DNA of 64,000 bases, from assembly GCA_964425005.1 (NCBI GenBank), contig CAYRKT010000001.1, positions 77,980 through 141,979 on the forward strand. Direction: 5' to 3'. The notes under the pieces are model-generated. The model was not told where the DNA came from, did no database searches, and was given only the letters and a program-made list of their open reading frames with translations. Source of the stretch: an uncultured Synergistia bacterium. GTDB lineage: Bacteria > Synergistota > Synergistia > CAYRKT01. The stretch's first letter is position 1. Every line of letters begins with the position of its first letter. Positions 37,958 to 52,141 of this stretch are shown one piece after another. Made by a program: the position numbers and the translations under genes.

Positions 37958-38428
37958 TCAAGAAGTCCCGCCCGCGAGGTTGGCCCTGATCAGGTCCCTC
38001 CAGAGAACCCGAAGGGGTCCCCCCTCCGTCTCCAGCAGGACTCCTTCGTCGTCGACGGACCTCAACACGCCGCTCAAGACCTGCTGTCTGCCGGCAGGGC
38101 CCCGCCTCTTGACCCTCACCTCTCTGCCCAGGAATCGCTCGTAGTCCTCCCTCCTGAAGAGCGGCCTATCGAGCCCGGGCGAGGACACCTCGAGGTAGTA
38201 CCTGTCGGCGAAGAGATCCTCGTATCTCTCGTCCAGCATCCTGCTCAGGGCCTTGCTGACCAGCTCGCAGTCCTTGAGGGTCACCCCTCCAGCCACGTCC
38301 ACGTAAACCCTTAGAAGGGAGCTCCTCCTCACGAGCTCCATCCCCACGAACTCGTATCCCATCCCCTCCACGGTGCGCCTCACGTCGTCCTCCAGGGAAT
38401 CCTCCATAGGGGACCTTATGACCCCCAC
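37958..38428 (-). CDS. rimP: Ribosome maturation factor RimP
   Basis: VEGMGYEFVGMELVRRSSLLRVYVD..YYLEVSSPGLDRPL is a typical RimP. Confidence 0.85.
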   Translation of the reverse strand: MGVIRSPMEDSLEDDVRRTVEGMGYEFVGMELVRRSSLLRVYVDVAGGVTLKDCELVSKALSRMLDERYEDLFADRYYLEVSSPGLDRPLFRREDYERFLGREVRVKRRGPAGRQQVLSGVLRSVDDEGVLLETEGGPLRVLWRDLIRANLAGGTS

Positions 38429-38443
38429 GGCTCATCACCTCGA

Positions 38444-38473
38444 GCTTAAACAAAAAAGTGGGCAATTGCCCAC
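38444..38473 (-). terminator. Rho-independent terminator downstream of the PHP-domain gene / upstream of rimP: palindrome GTGGGCAATTGCCCAC followed by UUUUUUGUUU
   Basis: Perfect 16-nt palindrome at 38458-38473 (6-bp GC-rich stem, 4-nt loop) immediately followed on the minus strand by a T-run (plus-strand aaacaaaaaa at 38448-38457). Confidence 0.5.
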
Positions 38474-38534
38474 CCCTCTTCGACCTTTTCCGCGAGCTCA
38501 CCCAGCCCTTATTTTACCACTAAAGGGAAAACTA

Positions 38535-39320
38535 TCAAGGAGATCCCCCGCCGACCTGCTGGTGCTCCAGGAAGCGATAGGGGCAACAGCGACCGCCCAG
38601 GACGGAGCCCTTCAGGGCCTCGAACGAAAGCTCCTCGAGCCACACCAGGGTGGCGCAGGACCTCCTTATGTCCTCGACCCTGTGGGCGTCGGAGGAGGAG
38701 ACGAACGGATAGGTGGGGTGAAGAGCCCTGAGCCTCTCGTAGAGATCGAGGTCGCAGCGACAGCTGACCTCCAGGGCGCAGGGAAGCCCGGGGGGGACGA
38801 AGCCGAAGACAGCGGTGTAGCTGAGGGACGGCCTGTCCACGTGCGCCATGATCACGAGCGCGTCGAACTCGTCGTGGGCCAGCAGGGCTATCTCGTCGGC
38901 GCCGAGGTCCACCCCGGCCAGGAGGAGCCTCTCCTCGAAGCCCAGCACGTCGTCGTCCTCGTCTATCAGCACCTGGTATCCCAGCAAGTCCGGATCGTTC
39001 CTGGCCGGCGGCAGGGCCCGCCAGACCAACTCCTGGAAGGCCAAGGCAGCCTCGATCGTGCCGAACACGCACAGGACGTGGACGTCCTCGCGGCTTTGAA
39101 CCTCCATGCCGGGGAAGAAGCGGATCCCCGCGCCCCACAAGACCTTCGAGAACGCCGGGCAGTTGGCCGTCGCGTTGTGATCGGAGACCACCAGGACCTC
39201 TATGCCCTCCTCCGCAGCCCTGTTCGCAATAGACTTTGTCCCCATGCGCAGGTCCGCGCATGGGGACAAAACGGAGTGCACGTGAAAATCCACCAGCACG
39301 CCCCTCTCGGGCACCGCCAT
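38535..39320 (-). CDS. PHP-domain metal-dependent phosphoesterase
   Basis: VLVDFHVHSVLSPCAD (PHP motif I), ..VSDHN.., C-terminal ..SSSDAHR..; 12 nt downstream of rpoC. Confidence 0.7.
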   Translation of the reverse strand: MAVPERGVLVDFHVHSVLSPCADLRMGTKSIANRAAEEGIEVLVVSDHNATANCPAFSKVLWGAGIRFFPGMEVQSREDVHVLCVFGTIEAALAFQELVWRALPPARNDPDLLGYQVLIDEDDDVLGFEERLLLAGVDLGADEIALLAHDEFDALVIMAHVDRPSLSYTAVFGFVPPGLPCALEVSCRCDLDLYERLRALHPTYPFVSSSDAHRVEDIRRSCATLVWLEELSFEALKGSVLGGRCCPYRFLEHQQVGGGSP

Positions 39321-39332
39321 CCGACGAACCCC

Positions 39333-42300
39333 CTAGGAGGCCGCCATCTCCTCCTGCCTCGGCCTGACCTTCAAGCGCCTGTAGGCGTGAACCCCCGTTC
39401 CGGCGGGTATGAGGCTGCCTATTATCACGTTCTCCTTGAGGCCAACCAGCGGATCGTACTGGGAGCAGACCGCAGCCCTGCAGAGGACCTGAGCCGTCTG
39501 CTGGAAGCTGGCCGCCGAAAGCCAGCTGTCCGTGCTCAAGGCGGCCTTGGTGATGCCGTGGACGAAGGGCTTCCACTGGGGCTTCTTCCAGAAACGCCTC
39601 ACGAAGGTGATGCGCTGGACCAGCATCCTCATCTCCACGCCCGAGGTCAGCCCCCTAACCACTATCTCGGAGGGCTCGGCCTCCACTATCCTGTCGAGGA
39701 TCTCGTGGTTTATCTCCTGGCCGGCCAGCGCCAGGACCTCGCCGGAGGAGGAGACCACGTCCTGCAGGAGGACCCTTCCGTAGAGCAAACCGCTCAGCGC
39801 CTGCTCGAGTATCATCTGCCTGGTGAGGGGTTTACCCCCTACCTCCATGGCCGCTATTCGCCCCTCCACGAACTCCTTGACCACCCTGCCGTCCACCATC
39901 ATGCCCAGGTCCTTGACCTCGTTCCCGTCCCTGTCTATGACCCTTCCGAGCTCCTTGCCCCAGAAGTTGTTCACCAAGAACTTCTCCAGCACGTCGCCCT
40001 TGTTGACTATCTCCACGCTCTTCCAGACCCTTATGAGGGGGACCTCCCTGTCGGCCAGGAGCTTTAGGACCTCCGGGGTCAGCAGCTTGTCCCTGGAGGC
40101 CAGCAAGGTCCCGCCCAGGACCACGTCCTCGGCCAGGTAGGCCTTGCCAGCCAGCTCCTCCATGACCTTGAGGTGCTTGACCTTTATTATCCTGACCTCC
40201 TCCTTCAGGGCCTTGAGCAGGTTGAGCACGTTGGAGGGGTTGATCAGGGTGCCGGGCTTCATCTCGAAGTCGGGTCCGCTCAGCCCATCCATCAGCTGAA
40301 GCCCAAGCACCTCCTTGCGGAAGGGCGACTCGCCCACTATGACCCTCACGTAGCCCTCCTCGTCCTCCAACAGGAGCTCCGACAGCCCCTCCAGGGAGGA
40401 GACCAGCCTCTCGGCCATCTCGGCGCTCTTCACGGTCTGCCCCGCCAGCTCGTGGCCCACCACCTGGCGCCCTTCCTCGTCGTACAGGGCGACTATCCTC
40501 CTGCCCTGGAGCACCTTGAGGTTGTCGGCCTTGAAGCGCTCGTTCTCGGCATCCAGCCGCTGAAGCTCCTCCTGGAGCTCGTCCACCCAGACCATGTCCC
40601 CCGCGACGAACCTGCTGTCGCCCTCGTCCACTATCCTGACCCTGTTGGTCGGGGCGACCTTCCTGAGGATCACCTCCACGTGCTTGTCGTTTATCTTGAC
40701 GCCCTGCGACCTGTAGACCTCCTGGATCCCATCCAGCAGGTACCTCTGCACCGCCTCCAGGCCGCAGACCTCCAGGAGCTGCTGCGGGTCCACGTAGCCC
40801 TCGGATATCTGCATCCCCTTGTGGACCTCGTCTCCCTCCTCCACGAACAAACCCACCCCTTTGGAGACGACGTAGGTCTTCTCCACCGAGGGATCGGCCC
40901 TGTCCTGGACCACCACCTTTCGCTTGTCCTCCAGCTCCTTTATCTCCTTGACTACGCCGTCCACCTCGGATATCACGGCCACCTTCTTGGGCCTCCTCAC
41001 CTCGAAGAGCTGCTCTATCCTGGGTAGGCCCTGGGTTATGTCCTCGCCCAGTATTCGCACCCCTCCGGTATGGAAGGTCCTCATCGTGAGCTGAGTGCCA
41101 GGCTCACCTATCGATTGAGCCGCCACCACGCCCACAGCCTCGCCTATGCTCACCAGCCTCCTCCTGGCCAGGTCCATCCCGTAGCACTTCTGGCATACCC
41201 CCACCTTGGACCTGCACTTCATGGGGCTCCTTATGAGGACCCGTTTGACCCCGGCGGCCTCTATGGCCGAAGCCGCCTCCCTGCTCACCATCTCGTCCCT
41301 CCTGACCAGGACCTCGCCGGTGCGCGGGTCCACCACGTCCTCCAGCACGAAACGTCCAGCTATCCGCTCGGAGAGGGGTATCACCACGCGCCCTTCCTTC
41401 TCGAAGGCGCTTACCCAGATGCCCTCGTCGGTGCCGCAGTCGGATTGGGATACTATTATGTCCTGGGCCACGTCCACCAGTCTTCTGGTGAGGTATCCAG
41501 ACTTCGAGGTCCTCAAAGCCGTGTCCGCGAGCCCCTTCCTGGCGCCATGGGTGGACAGGAAGTACTCGAGCATGTTGAGCCCCTCCCTGAAGTTGGAGAG
41601 GATCGGGTAGTCTATTATCTTGCCGGAGGGGTCGGCCATAAGTCCACGGATGCCAGCCATCTGGGAGACCTGCGTTATGTTGCCCCTGGCGCCAGATCCC
41701 ACCATCCTCCTAAGGGGGTTTATGGTCTCCATGGACTCCAAAACCCTCTCGCCCACCTTCCTGGCCGTGTTGGACCAGAGGATCTCCTTCTGCTGGAGGT
41801 ACTCCTCCTCGGAGATGAGCCCCTTCTTGAAGCTCTCCTCCAGCTTGCCGTTCTCCTCCATCGCCCGATCCACTATCTCCTTCTTGTCGGGCGGTATGAC
41901 CACGTCGGTTATGCCGAGGCTCAACCCGGACTGGGTGGCCCACCTGAAGCCCAGGTACTTCATCTTGTCGAGTATCTCCACCAGCTCGACGGTGGTGACC
42001 AGGTCGTAGGCCTTGTCCAGGAGCTCGCTGAGATCCCCCTTGGAGACCTCCTTGTTGAAAAACCTGAGCTCCCTGGGGAGGATGCTGTTGAACAGCACCC
42101 TTCCTGGGGTGGTCTCTATCATCTGGTCCCCGTAGCGCATCTTTATCCTGGCACCCACGTGGACCAAGCCGTGGTCCAGGGCTATGAGCACGTCCTCCTC
42201 GTCGGCGAAGACCTTGCCCTCCCCCTTGACCCCCTTCTGCTCCATGGTCAGGTAGTGAAGCCCTATGACCATGTCCTGCGTCGGCGTCACTATGGGCGAG

Positions 42301-44276
42301 CCGTTGGCCGGGGATAGCAGGTTGTTAGCGGAGAGCATCAAAACCCTGCACTCCGTCTGGGCCTCTATGGACAGGGGAACGTGCACGGCCATCTGATCCC
42401 CGTCGAAGTCGGCGTTGTAGGCCACGCACACCAGGGGCGGTATCTGTATGGCCTTGCCCTCCACCAGGACCGGCTCGAAGGCCTGGATGCTGAGCCGATG
42501 GAGCGTGGGGGCGCGGTTCAAGAGCACCGGGTGGTCCTTTATGACCTCCTCGAGGACCTCCCAGACCTCCTCCCTGTCCCTCTCCAGCATCCTCTTGGCG
42601 GCCTTTATGTTCTGGGCGTAGCCCTTCTCCACGAGCTTGTTTATGATGAAGGGCCTAAAGAGCTCCAAGGCCATCATCTTGGGCAGACCGCACTGGTAGT
42701 GCTTTAGGTGGGGCCCTATGACTATGACGCTCCTGCCGGAGTAGTCGACCCTCTTGCCCAGGAGGTTCTGCCTGAACCTGCCCTTCTTGCCCTTCAGGAG
42801 ATCGCTCAGGCTCTTGAGGGGCCTGTTCGCGGAGCCCAGAACAGCCTTGCCCCTCCTGCCGTTCTCTATGAGGGCGTCCACCGCCTCCTGGAGCATGCGC
42901 TTCTCGTTCCTTATCACGATCTCCGGCGCCCTCATGTCGATGAGCTTCCTCAACCGGTTGTTCCGGTTTATGACCCTCCTGTAGAGGTCGTTTATGTCGG
43001 AGACCGCGAACCTACCTCCGTCCAGCTGGACCATGGGCCTCAAGTCCGGCGGGATCACGGGCAGGACCTCCAGGATCATCCACTCCGGCCTGCTCTCGGA
43101 CCTCCGAAACTCCTCCACCACCTGGAGCCTCTTTATGAGCCTGCGACGCCTCTGGCCCATCGACTCGGCTATGGCCTCCCTTAGGGAGTCGGCTATCTCC
43201 TCCAGGTCGAGGCTCATGAGGAGCTTCTTGACCGCCTCGGCCCCAGCTCCGGCCTCAAACTCCTTGTCGAACATCTTGCAGAGCCTGCTCTCGCTCTCGA
43301 GTATTATCTCCCCCTGCTTGAAGGGGGACTTGGAGGGGTTTATCACTATGTAGCAGGGCTCCTCCACTATCTTCGTCTCGGGCTGAACCTGGAACTTGCC
43401 CATGTACTTGTTGTAGTAGAGGTGGTACTCGCTGGAGGAGATGATGCTCCCCACCGAGAAAGGCAACCTGGCCACCGCGGTGACCAGATAGGCCTCCTCC
43501 GAGCCGACCCTGGCGGGTTCCACCACCAGCTCAACCCCCTCCGAAGTCGCCCTCTCCACCTCGGAGCGGGGCAGGATCTGTCCCACTGCGTAGCTGGGAG
43601 AGCTGGACGATACCACGGCGAAGGCGGGCTCAACCACCAGGCCCTCGTGCTCGCCCCTGGTGACCTCCAGCATCTTAGAGCGGGGGATCAAGCTGCCCTC
43701 CTTGACGGGGGGTTCCTCCACGGAGACGACCCGATAGGCCTCCTCCGCGCTGAACCGGTGGTCGTAGTGCTCGAAGATCCTCTTCTGCGACTCGGTGACC
43801 ACATCTCCCCTCTTGACCAGGTCGCCCCTCTTCCCGGTCATCACGACCTTGTAGGCGTTCTCCCTTCGCCTGTTGGAGGCGAAGTATATGACCTTCTCCA
43901 ACTCCTTGGCCTGGACGTCCAGGAGTATGCTGAGCCTGCTGGGTATGCCCCGCAGGAACCACAGATGGACCACGGGAGCGGCGAGCTCTATGTGCCCCAT
44001 CCTCTCCCTCCGGACCCTGCTGTCGGTGAGCTCGACGCCGCACCTGTCGCAGGACATCCCCTTGAACCTCATACCCGTCTTCTTGTACTTGCCGCAGTAG
44101 CACTCGTAGCTCTTGGTGGGGCCGAATATGCGCTCGCAGAACAGACCATCCCTCTCGGGCTTGAGGGTCCTGTAGTTGATGGTCTCGGCCTTCTTCACCT
44201 CGCCGCTCGATATCTGCCTGATCCTCTCAGGGCTCGCCAGCTTTATCTTGACGCCCCTTATGGTCTTCTTGGCCAT
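39333..44276 (-). CDS. rpoC: DNA-directed RNA polymerase beta-prime subunit, long form with two lineage-specific insertions
   Basis: Zn finger [20 protein letters not shown] catalytic motif, trigger-loop region TFHTGG, C-terminal LSAASFQQT. About 160 extra residues after the YF of region A (aa about 170-340) and about 315 extra residues between [10 protein letters not shown] and [10 protein letters not shown] (aa about 1240-1560) relative to E. coli. Confidence 0.95.
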   Translation of the reverse strand: MAKKTIRGVKIKLASPERIRQISSGEVKKAETINYRTLKPERDGLFCERIFGPTKSYECYCGKYKKTGMRFKGMSCDRCGVELTDSRVRRERMGHIELAAPVVHLWFLRGIPSRLSILLDVQAKELEKVIYFASNRRRENAYKVVMTGKRGDLVKRGDVVTESQKRIFEHYDHRFSAEEAYRVVSVEEPPVKEGSLIPRSKMLEVTRGEHEGLVVEPAFAVVSSSSPSYAVGQILPRSEVERATSEGVELVVEPARVGSEEAYLVTAVARLPFSVGSIISSSEYHLYYNKYMGKFQVQPETKIVEEPCYIVINPSKSPFKQGEIILESESRLCKMFDKEFEAGAGAEAVKKLLMSLDLEEIADSLREAIAESMGQRRRRLIKRLQVVEEFRRSESRPEWMILEVLPVIPPDLRPMVQLDGGRFAVSDINDLYRRVINRNNRLRKLIDMRAPEIVIRNEKRMLQEAVDALIENGRRGKAVLGSANRPLKSLSDLLKGKKGRFRQNLLGKRVDYSGRSVIVIGPHLKHYQCGLPKMMALELFRPFIINKLVEKGYAQNIKAAKRMLERDREEVWEVLEEVIKDHPVLLNRAPTLHRLSIQAFEPVLVEGKAIQIPPLVCVAYNADFDGDQMAVHVPLSIEAQTECRVLMLSANNLLSPANGSPIVTPTQDMVIGLHYLTMEQKGVKGEGKVFADEEDVLIALDHGLVHVGARIKMRYGDQMIETTPGRVLFNSILPRELRFFNKEVSKGDLSELLDKAYDLVTTVELVEILDKMKYLGFRWATQSGLSLGITDVVIPPDKKEIVDRAMEENGKLEESFKKGLISEEEYLQQKEILWSNTARKVGERVLESMETINPLRRMVGSGARGNITQVSQMAGIRGLMADPSGKIIDYPILSNFREGLNMLEYFLSTHGARKGLADTALRTSKSGYLTRRLVDVAQDIIVSQSDCGTDEGIWVSAFEKEGRVVIPLSERIAGRFVLEDVVDPRTGEVLVRRDEMVSREAASAIEAAGVKRVLIRSPMKCRSKVGVCQKCYGMDLARRRLVSIGEAVGVVAAQSIGEPGTQLTMRTFHTGGVRILGEDITQGLPRIEQLFEVRRPKKVAVISEVDGVVKEIKELEDKRKVVVQDRADPSVEKTYVVSKGVGLFVEEGDEVHKGMQISEGYVDPQQLLEVCGLEAVQRYLLDGIQEVYRSQGVKINDKHVEVILRKVAPTNRVRIVDEGDSRFVAGDMVWVDELQEELQRLDAENERFKADNLKVLQGRRIVALYDEEGRQVVGHELAGQTVKSAEMAERLVSSLEGLSELLLEDEEGYVRVIVGESPFRKEVLGLQLMDGLSGPDFEMKPGTLINPSNVLNLLKALKEEVRIIKVKHLKVMEELAGKAYLAEDVVLGGTLLASRDKLLTPEVLKLLADREVPLIRVWKSVEIVNKGDVLEKFLVNNFWGKELGRVIDRDGNEVKDLGMMVDGRVVKEFVEGRIAAMEVGGKPLTRQMILEQALSGLLYGRVLLQDVVSSSGEVLALAGQEINHEILDRIVEAEPSEIVVRGLTSGVEMRMLVQRITFVRRFWKKPQWKPFVHGITKAALSTDSWLSAASFQQTAQVLCRAAVCSQYDPLVGLKENVIIGSLIPAGTGVHAYRRLKVRPRQEEMAAS

Positions 44277-44301
44277 CTCCGATCATCCCCCCGGGAGACC
44301 C

Positions 44302-47871
<3,570 letters not shown>

Positions 47872-47989
47872 AAAGGATCATCCCCCTTACGGCAGGAATT
47901 CCTGCGGGACATGACAAAGGCTTATTATACAACCGATTCCACGATAAGACAACTGCAGTAGCCCCGGAAAGGTGGGATCGATGCCCCCG

Positions 47990-48520
47990 CTAGCTTCGGC
48001 TGGAGCCAACGACCTCTAAGGCTCTCCTGGCGTACAGGAAGCCTGACGCGAGGGACACCAAAGCCGAAGCCAGCATCACCAGCATGTATCCCCTGATCTC
48101 CAAGATCGCCATCGAGATCCCTAGCATCTGGAGGAAGGTCTTGAGCTTCCCTCCGAAGGCGGCGGGTATCACCGCGCCGTGAAGCAGGGCCAGGAGCCTC
48201 AAGGTGGAGACCACGAACTCCCTCGATATCAGGAGTATGACCAGCCACCCAGGAAGCCTCTCCATCTCCACCAGGGCTATCAAGACCGAGGAAACCAGGA
48301 GCTTATCCGCCATAGGATCCAACAGCTTTCCCACCAGGGTCACGTCGCCCCGCAACCTGGCGAGGTACCCGTCCAGCAGGTCGGTCAAAGCCCCCACGAC
48401 GAAAAGGAGGACGGCCACATGTCTGGCCCAGGGGCGCTCCAGGAACATGAAAACTATCACAAATGGGACGATCAAAACCCTCGCCACCGTTATCTTGTTC
48501 GCCAGCCCCAGGGGCATCAC
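47990..48520 (-). CDS. pgsA: CDP-diacylglycerol--glycerol-3-phosphate 3-phosphatidyltransferase
   Basis: ANKITVARVLIVPFVIVFMF..DLLDGYLARL.. CDP-alcohol phosphotransferase motif; 176 aa. Confidence 0.85.
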   Translation of the reverse strand: MMPLGLANKITVARVLIVPFVIVFMFLERPWARHVAVLLFVVGALTDLLDGYLARLRGDVTLVGKLLDPMADKLLVSSVLIALVEMERLPGWLVILLISREFVVSTLRLLALLHGAVIPAAFGGKLKTFLQMLGISMAILEIRGYMLVMLASALVSLASGFLYARRALEVVGSSRS

Positions 48521-48547
48521 CTCCGCTGAAACGATATAATATCACAC

Positions 48548-49480
48548 ATGCCCGGGAGCGAACCATACAGGACCTGGAGCTCTTACCTGCGGGAGAGGTT
48601 CGGAAGGAGGGTCCACAAGGTCTCTCTGGACGTGGGGGCCACCTGCCCCCACAGAGACGAGGACGACAAAGGACTAGGGGGCTGCGTCTTCTGCGATCGA
48701 AGAGGGGGCGGTAGCGGGGCTTCCCTGAGGGGCGAATCCCTCGAGGAACAGGTCGAGAGGGGGGCTACCTTCGCCGTCTCCAGGTTCAAGGCGCAGGCCG
48801 TGATCCTCTACCTCCAAAGCTACACCCCGACCTTGCTCAGCGCTTCGGCCCTGGAGGAGGCTGTGGAGAGGGCTCTCTCGGCGGCAAGCAGGCTCTGCCC
48901 CGTGGTGGGGGTATCGGTGGCCACGAGGCCTGACACGCTAAAGGAGGAACACATCGACCTCCTCCTGCGGCTTCAGGGCCGAGGGCTGGAGGCGTGGGTC
49001 GAGGTGGGTGCGCAAAGCCTCTGCAGCAAGAGCCTGCTTTGGCTGAACCGCCGCCACGGCGTGAGCTCCACGATCAAGGCCTTCAGGATGCTATCAGAGG
49101 CGAGGATAAAAAGCTGCGCCCACGTGATCCTCGGGATACCCGTGGAGGAAGAGGAGGAGACTGTGGACTCGGTGGTCTCCCTGAGCCTGCTAGGGGCCAT
49201 CTCCTTCAAGTTCCACCCTCTCCACGTGCTCAGGGGGACACCCCTCCACCAGATGTTCCTGCGGGGGGAGTACGTCCCCCTCGCCATGGAGGACTACATA
49301 AGGACCCTGTCCCTGTGCATCTCCTCCCTGCCGGAGGAGGCCATAGTGCAGCGCGTATCCGCTGAGGCACCACCCGATCTGCTGGTGGCGCCCCAGTGGT
49401 GCCTCCAGAAGCAGAACGTGATAAAGGCCCTCAGGGACTACATGAGCTCCAACGGCCTAAGACAAGGGTCTAGACGCTAG
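48548..49480 (+). CDS. Radical SAM protein, TIGR01212 (YhcC-like) family
   Basis: VSLDVGATCPHRDEDDKGLGGCVFCDRRG cysteine motif typical of this family; 310 aa. A TATAAT at 48531-48536 lies only about 12 nt before the ATG, so the transcript may be near-leaderless. Confidence 0.8.
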   Translation: MPGSEPYRTWSSYLRERFGRRVHKVSLDVGATCPHRDEDDKGLGGCVFCDRRGGGSGASLRGESLEEQVERGATFAVSRFKAQAVILYLQSYTPTLLSASALEEAVERALSAASRLCPVVGVSVATRPDTLKEEHIDLLLRLQGRGLEAWVEVGAQSLCSKSLLWLNRRHGVSSTIKAFRMLSEARIKSCAHVILGIPVEEEEETVDSVVSLSLLGAISFKFHPLHVLRGTPLHQMFLRGEYVPLAMEDYIRTLSLCISSLPEEAIVQRVSAEAPPDLLVAPQWCLQKQNVIKALRDYMSSNGLRQGSRR

Positions 49481-50003
49481 CCCCCTTACCCCTGTAGGTG
49501 GGCGCCGTCTCCGGTTCGGTCCCGCGCTTGACCTTGTGGTAGTAGGCGTAAGTCATCGGCTCTCCGCCCAGGTGGACCGCCGCGTCCACAAGCCTCCCCA
49601 CGAACAGTGTGTGGGTGCCCACGTCCAAGGAGGAGACCACCTCGCACTCCCCCCAGGCCACGCAGTGGTTGAGGACTATGGGGCAACCCCTGGGCGAGAT
49701 CACGTACTCGAGCCCCTCGAGGGCGAACTTGTCCACGTCCCTGCCGCACTTGAACCCGAAGTGACCTATGAACCTAAGAGGGGTGTCCTGGGAGAGGATC
49801 GAGAAGGAGAAGAGCCCGCTTCTGGCCACGTGCTCGTGGGTGCAGTTCCTCTTGTTGAGACAAACCCCTATCTGCGGCGGCTCGGCGGTGACCTGCATGA
49901 GGGCGTTGGCTATCTGGGCGTTAAAACGCCCCTCCAGGGGGGATGAGACCACGTACACGCCGTAACTTATGTGGTAGAGGGCCTTAAGGTCCAACGAATC
50001 CAC
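49470..50003 (-). CDS. Flavin reductase-like (FMN-binding split-barrel) protein, flavoredoxin-type
   Basis: Flavin_Reduct-like layout (..YGVYVVSS..NAQIANALMQVTAEPPQIGVCLNKRN..HTLFVGRLVD..); 177 aa. Confidence 0.7.
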   Translation of the reverse strand: MDSLDLKALYHISYGVYVVSSPLEGRFNAQIANALMQVTAEPPQIGVCLNKRNCTHEHVARSGLFSFSILSQDTPLRFIGHFGFKCGRDVDKFALEGLEYVISPRGCPIVLNHCVAWGECEVVSSLDVGTHTLFVGRLVDAAVHLGGEPMTYAYYHKVKRGTEPETAPTYRGKGASV

Positions 50004-50007
50004 CTCC

Positions 50008-50862
50008 TCACAACTTGATGTCCTTGAGCTTCTGTTGGGCCTTGAGGATGCTCACTATCACGTCAGTCACGCTGTCGAAGCGCTTCATGGTGTCCCGCAT
50101 CACGGCGGTGGACCTCTCTATGTGGTCCGAGCCGGCCCCCAACCTGTCGGAGGACTCGCTGAGTATCCCACGGATCTCCTCCATGAAGGCCCTGACGGCC
50201 TCGGAGAACTCGGTGAAGGAGAGGAGCGCGCCCTGGACTATGTCGAACATCTCCTTGACCTTCCCTATGTTCTCCATGGCCTCCCTGACGGCCGACGAGA
50301 GCTCCCTCACCTTGACGTTTATGTTGTCCGACACCCCTTTGGACTCGTTGGCCAGGTTCTGCACCTCGTGGGCGACCACGGCGAAGCCCCTGCCGTGTTC
50401 GCCGGCTCTGGCCGCCTCTATGGAGGCGTTCAAGGCCAGGAGGTTGGTCTGTTTGGCTATCTTGGAGATCTGTTTGACCATCTCCTCCACCTCGAGGAAG
50501 GCCCCCAGGATGCCATAGGTCTTCTTGACCGTGTCCTCCACCATGGCGCTGGCGCCGGCCAGGTCCGTGCCCGCCCTGGACAGGTCCCCCGAGAGCCGCT
50601 CGTTCATCTGTTTCACCCTCTCTATGTTCTCAGCGGCAGACCTCTTGCTGAGCTCGAAGGTATCCCGAAGCTTCCTGAAGGACTTGTTGAGATCCTCGAA
50701 CTCGGACAAGACCTCCCCCAGGTCCTTCTTCACCGCGAGAGCCCTCCTGAGGATGGTCTTGTCGAGCTGCTGCATGAAGGAGAGCATCAAGATCTCGGAG
50801 AAGAAGGAAGAGGATAGCTTCTTGATGTGGGACATACCGACCTGTCTGGCCATATCGGACAC
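50008..50862 (-). CDS. Soluble methyl-accepting chemotaxis protein (signalling domain only, no transmembrane or HAMP region)
   Basis: Highly conserved MCP tip LLALNASIEAARAGEHGRGFAVVAHEVQNLANESK; 284 aa with no hydrophobic segment. Confidence 0.75.
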   Translation of the reverse strand: MSDMARQVGMSHIKKLSSSFFSEILMLSFMQQLDKTILRRALAVKKDLGEVLSEFEDLNKSFRKLRDTFELSKRSAAENIERVKQMNERLSGDLSRAGTDLAGASAMVEDTVKKTYGILGAFLEVEEMVKQISKIAKQTNLLALNASIEAARAGEHGRGFAVVAHEVQNLANESKGVSDNINVKVRELSSAVREAMENIGKVKEMFDIVQGALLSFTEFSEAVRAFMEEIRGILSESSDRLGAGSDHIERSTAVMRDTMKRFDSVTDVIVSILKAQQKLKDIKL

Positions 50863-50885
50863 CTCCAGAGGCCCCTAAGCCTCGC

Positions 50886-51698
50886 TTACGAGCCGGTGTA
50901 GATGTGATCTATCACGTCCACGCCGCACTGGAGATCCCTCAACCAGTTGAAGAACTTTCTTACGTTCGACTCGCCCGCTATGACGGCCCCGTGCTGAGGA
51001 GCCACGGCCGATACCTCGAACCTGGAGACCACGTCCAGCCACTTCCTCAAGGCCCTGTTGGAGTTCATGTACCTCCTGTGGAAGGCCTCCATGTACTTGA
51101 AGTGCGCGTCCAGGTCCTCCACCACCGGGTAGCGGTTGCCCTTCGGGAAGACGGCCGCCCCTATGTCTCCGGTGAACAGTATCTTAGACACCGGATCGTA
51201 GAGGGATATGGCCCCAGTGGAATGGAGGAAATGAGCCGGCAAGAGCTCCAGCTTCACCCCAGAGGAGAGGGAGATCTGGCCCCCCCTGTCGGGTATGGCC
51301 ACAACCCTGGACCTGTCGAAGACGCCGAAGTGGGGCAGGAACCTGGTCCAAAGGGCCGATATGTAGATCTTGGCCCTCTCGGCTATGGACATCCAGAGGG
51401 TCACCCCCGAGCAGACGTCGGGGTCCTGGTGGTTGTAGAAGATGTGCCTTATGGCATCGGTGCTGAACATCTCCACTATGTTGGCCAACACCTTGGGGAA
51501 GACGTGAGCGCCTCCCGGGTCCAGCAGGACCAGCTCTCCCGCGTCCTCTATCAAGTACTGGTTCGTCTGCACTACCCCTTCCTCTTCCTCCTCCTCGAAG
51601 CCCAGCAGCACGAACTTGTGCCTCTGGTCCTCGTACAACACCACGGAGGAACCCTCCCTCCTCATGGCGAGCACGCCTACCACCCCCCACAGAGCCAC
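50886..51698 (-). CDS. Metallo-beta-lactamase-fold, flavodiiron-N-domain-like protein without a flavodoxin domain (candidate oxygen-binding di-iron sensor, ODP-like)
   Basis: Aligns with the FprA N-domain in this window: YNHQDPDVCSG vs VNHMEPDHSGS, LLPAHFLHSTG vs LSFHTIPMVHW, ILFTGDIG vs VLFSCDAFG. Partial di-iron ligand set. Immediately upstream of the soluble MCP; 1-nt overlap with the upstream fur-family gene. Confidence 0.5.
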   Translation of the reverse strand: MALWGVVGVLAMRREGSSVVLYEDQRHKFVLLGFEEEEEEGVVQTNQYLIEDAGELVLLDPGGAHVFPKVLANIVEMFSTDAIRHIFYNHQDPDVCSGVTLWMSIAERAKIYISALWTRFLPHFGVFDRSRVVAIPDRGGQISLSSGVKLELLPAHFLHSTGAISLYDPVSKILFTGDIGAAVFPKGNRYPVVEDLDAHFKYMEAFHRRYMNSNRALRKWLDVVSRFEVSAVAPQHGAVIAGESNVRKFFNWLRDLQCGVDVIDHIYTGS

Positions 51699-52141
51699 TA
51701 GAGCTTCTCAGCGCAACTGGAACACAGGCCCACCAGGTTGACCCGTACGTCCTCGACCCTCAAGCCCATCCCCTCAGCGGCGGAGACCACATGGGAGAAG
51801 TCGAGCTCAGAAGGCACGTCAAAAACCCCCCCGCAACCCCTGCACCTGAGGTGGGCGTGCGGGCTGACGTCGCCCTCCGCCCTGACCTCCCCGCTCTCCG
51901 CGTAGATCAGCTTGACTATCCCCTTCTCGAAGAGCAATTTCAAGGTATTATACACCGTGGTCTTAGATATGGTGGAGATGTCCTGCCCCAGGACTGAATA
52001 TATCTCGTCCACGGTGGGATGGGACTTGCTCTGCAGGACGTATTCTAGAATCCTCACCCTGTGGTAGGACGGGGTAACTCCCGCCTCGAGCAAAAGCTCC
52101 CTGGCCTTGGACCTCCAATCCACCGCGCAAAGCGATCTCAC
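51698..52141 (-). CDS. Fur-family transcriptional regulator (PerR-like)
   Basis: Winged-helix N-terminus (..RVRILEYVLQSKSHPTVDEIY..), HAHLRCRGCGGV and C-terminal CSSC metal sites; 147 aa. Confidence 0.8.
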   Translation of the reverse strand: MRSLCAVDWRSKARELLLEAGVTPSYHRVRILEYVLQSKSHPTVDEIYSVLGQDISTISKTTVYNTLKLLFEKGIVKLIYAESGEVRAEGDVSPHAHLRCRGCGGVFDVPSELDFSHVVSAAEGMGLRVEDVRVNLVGLCSSCAEKL

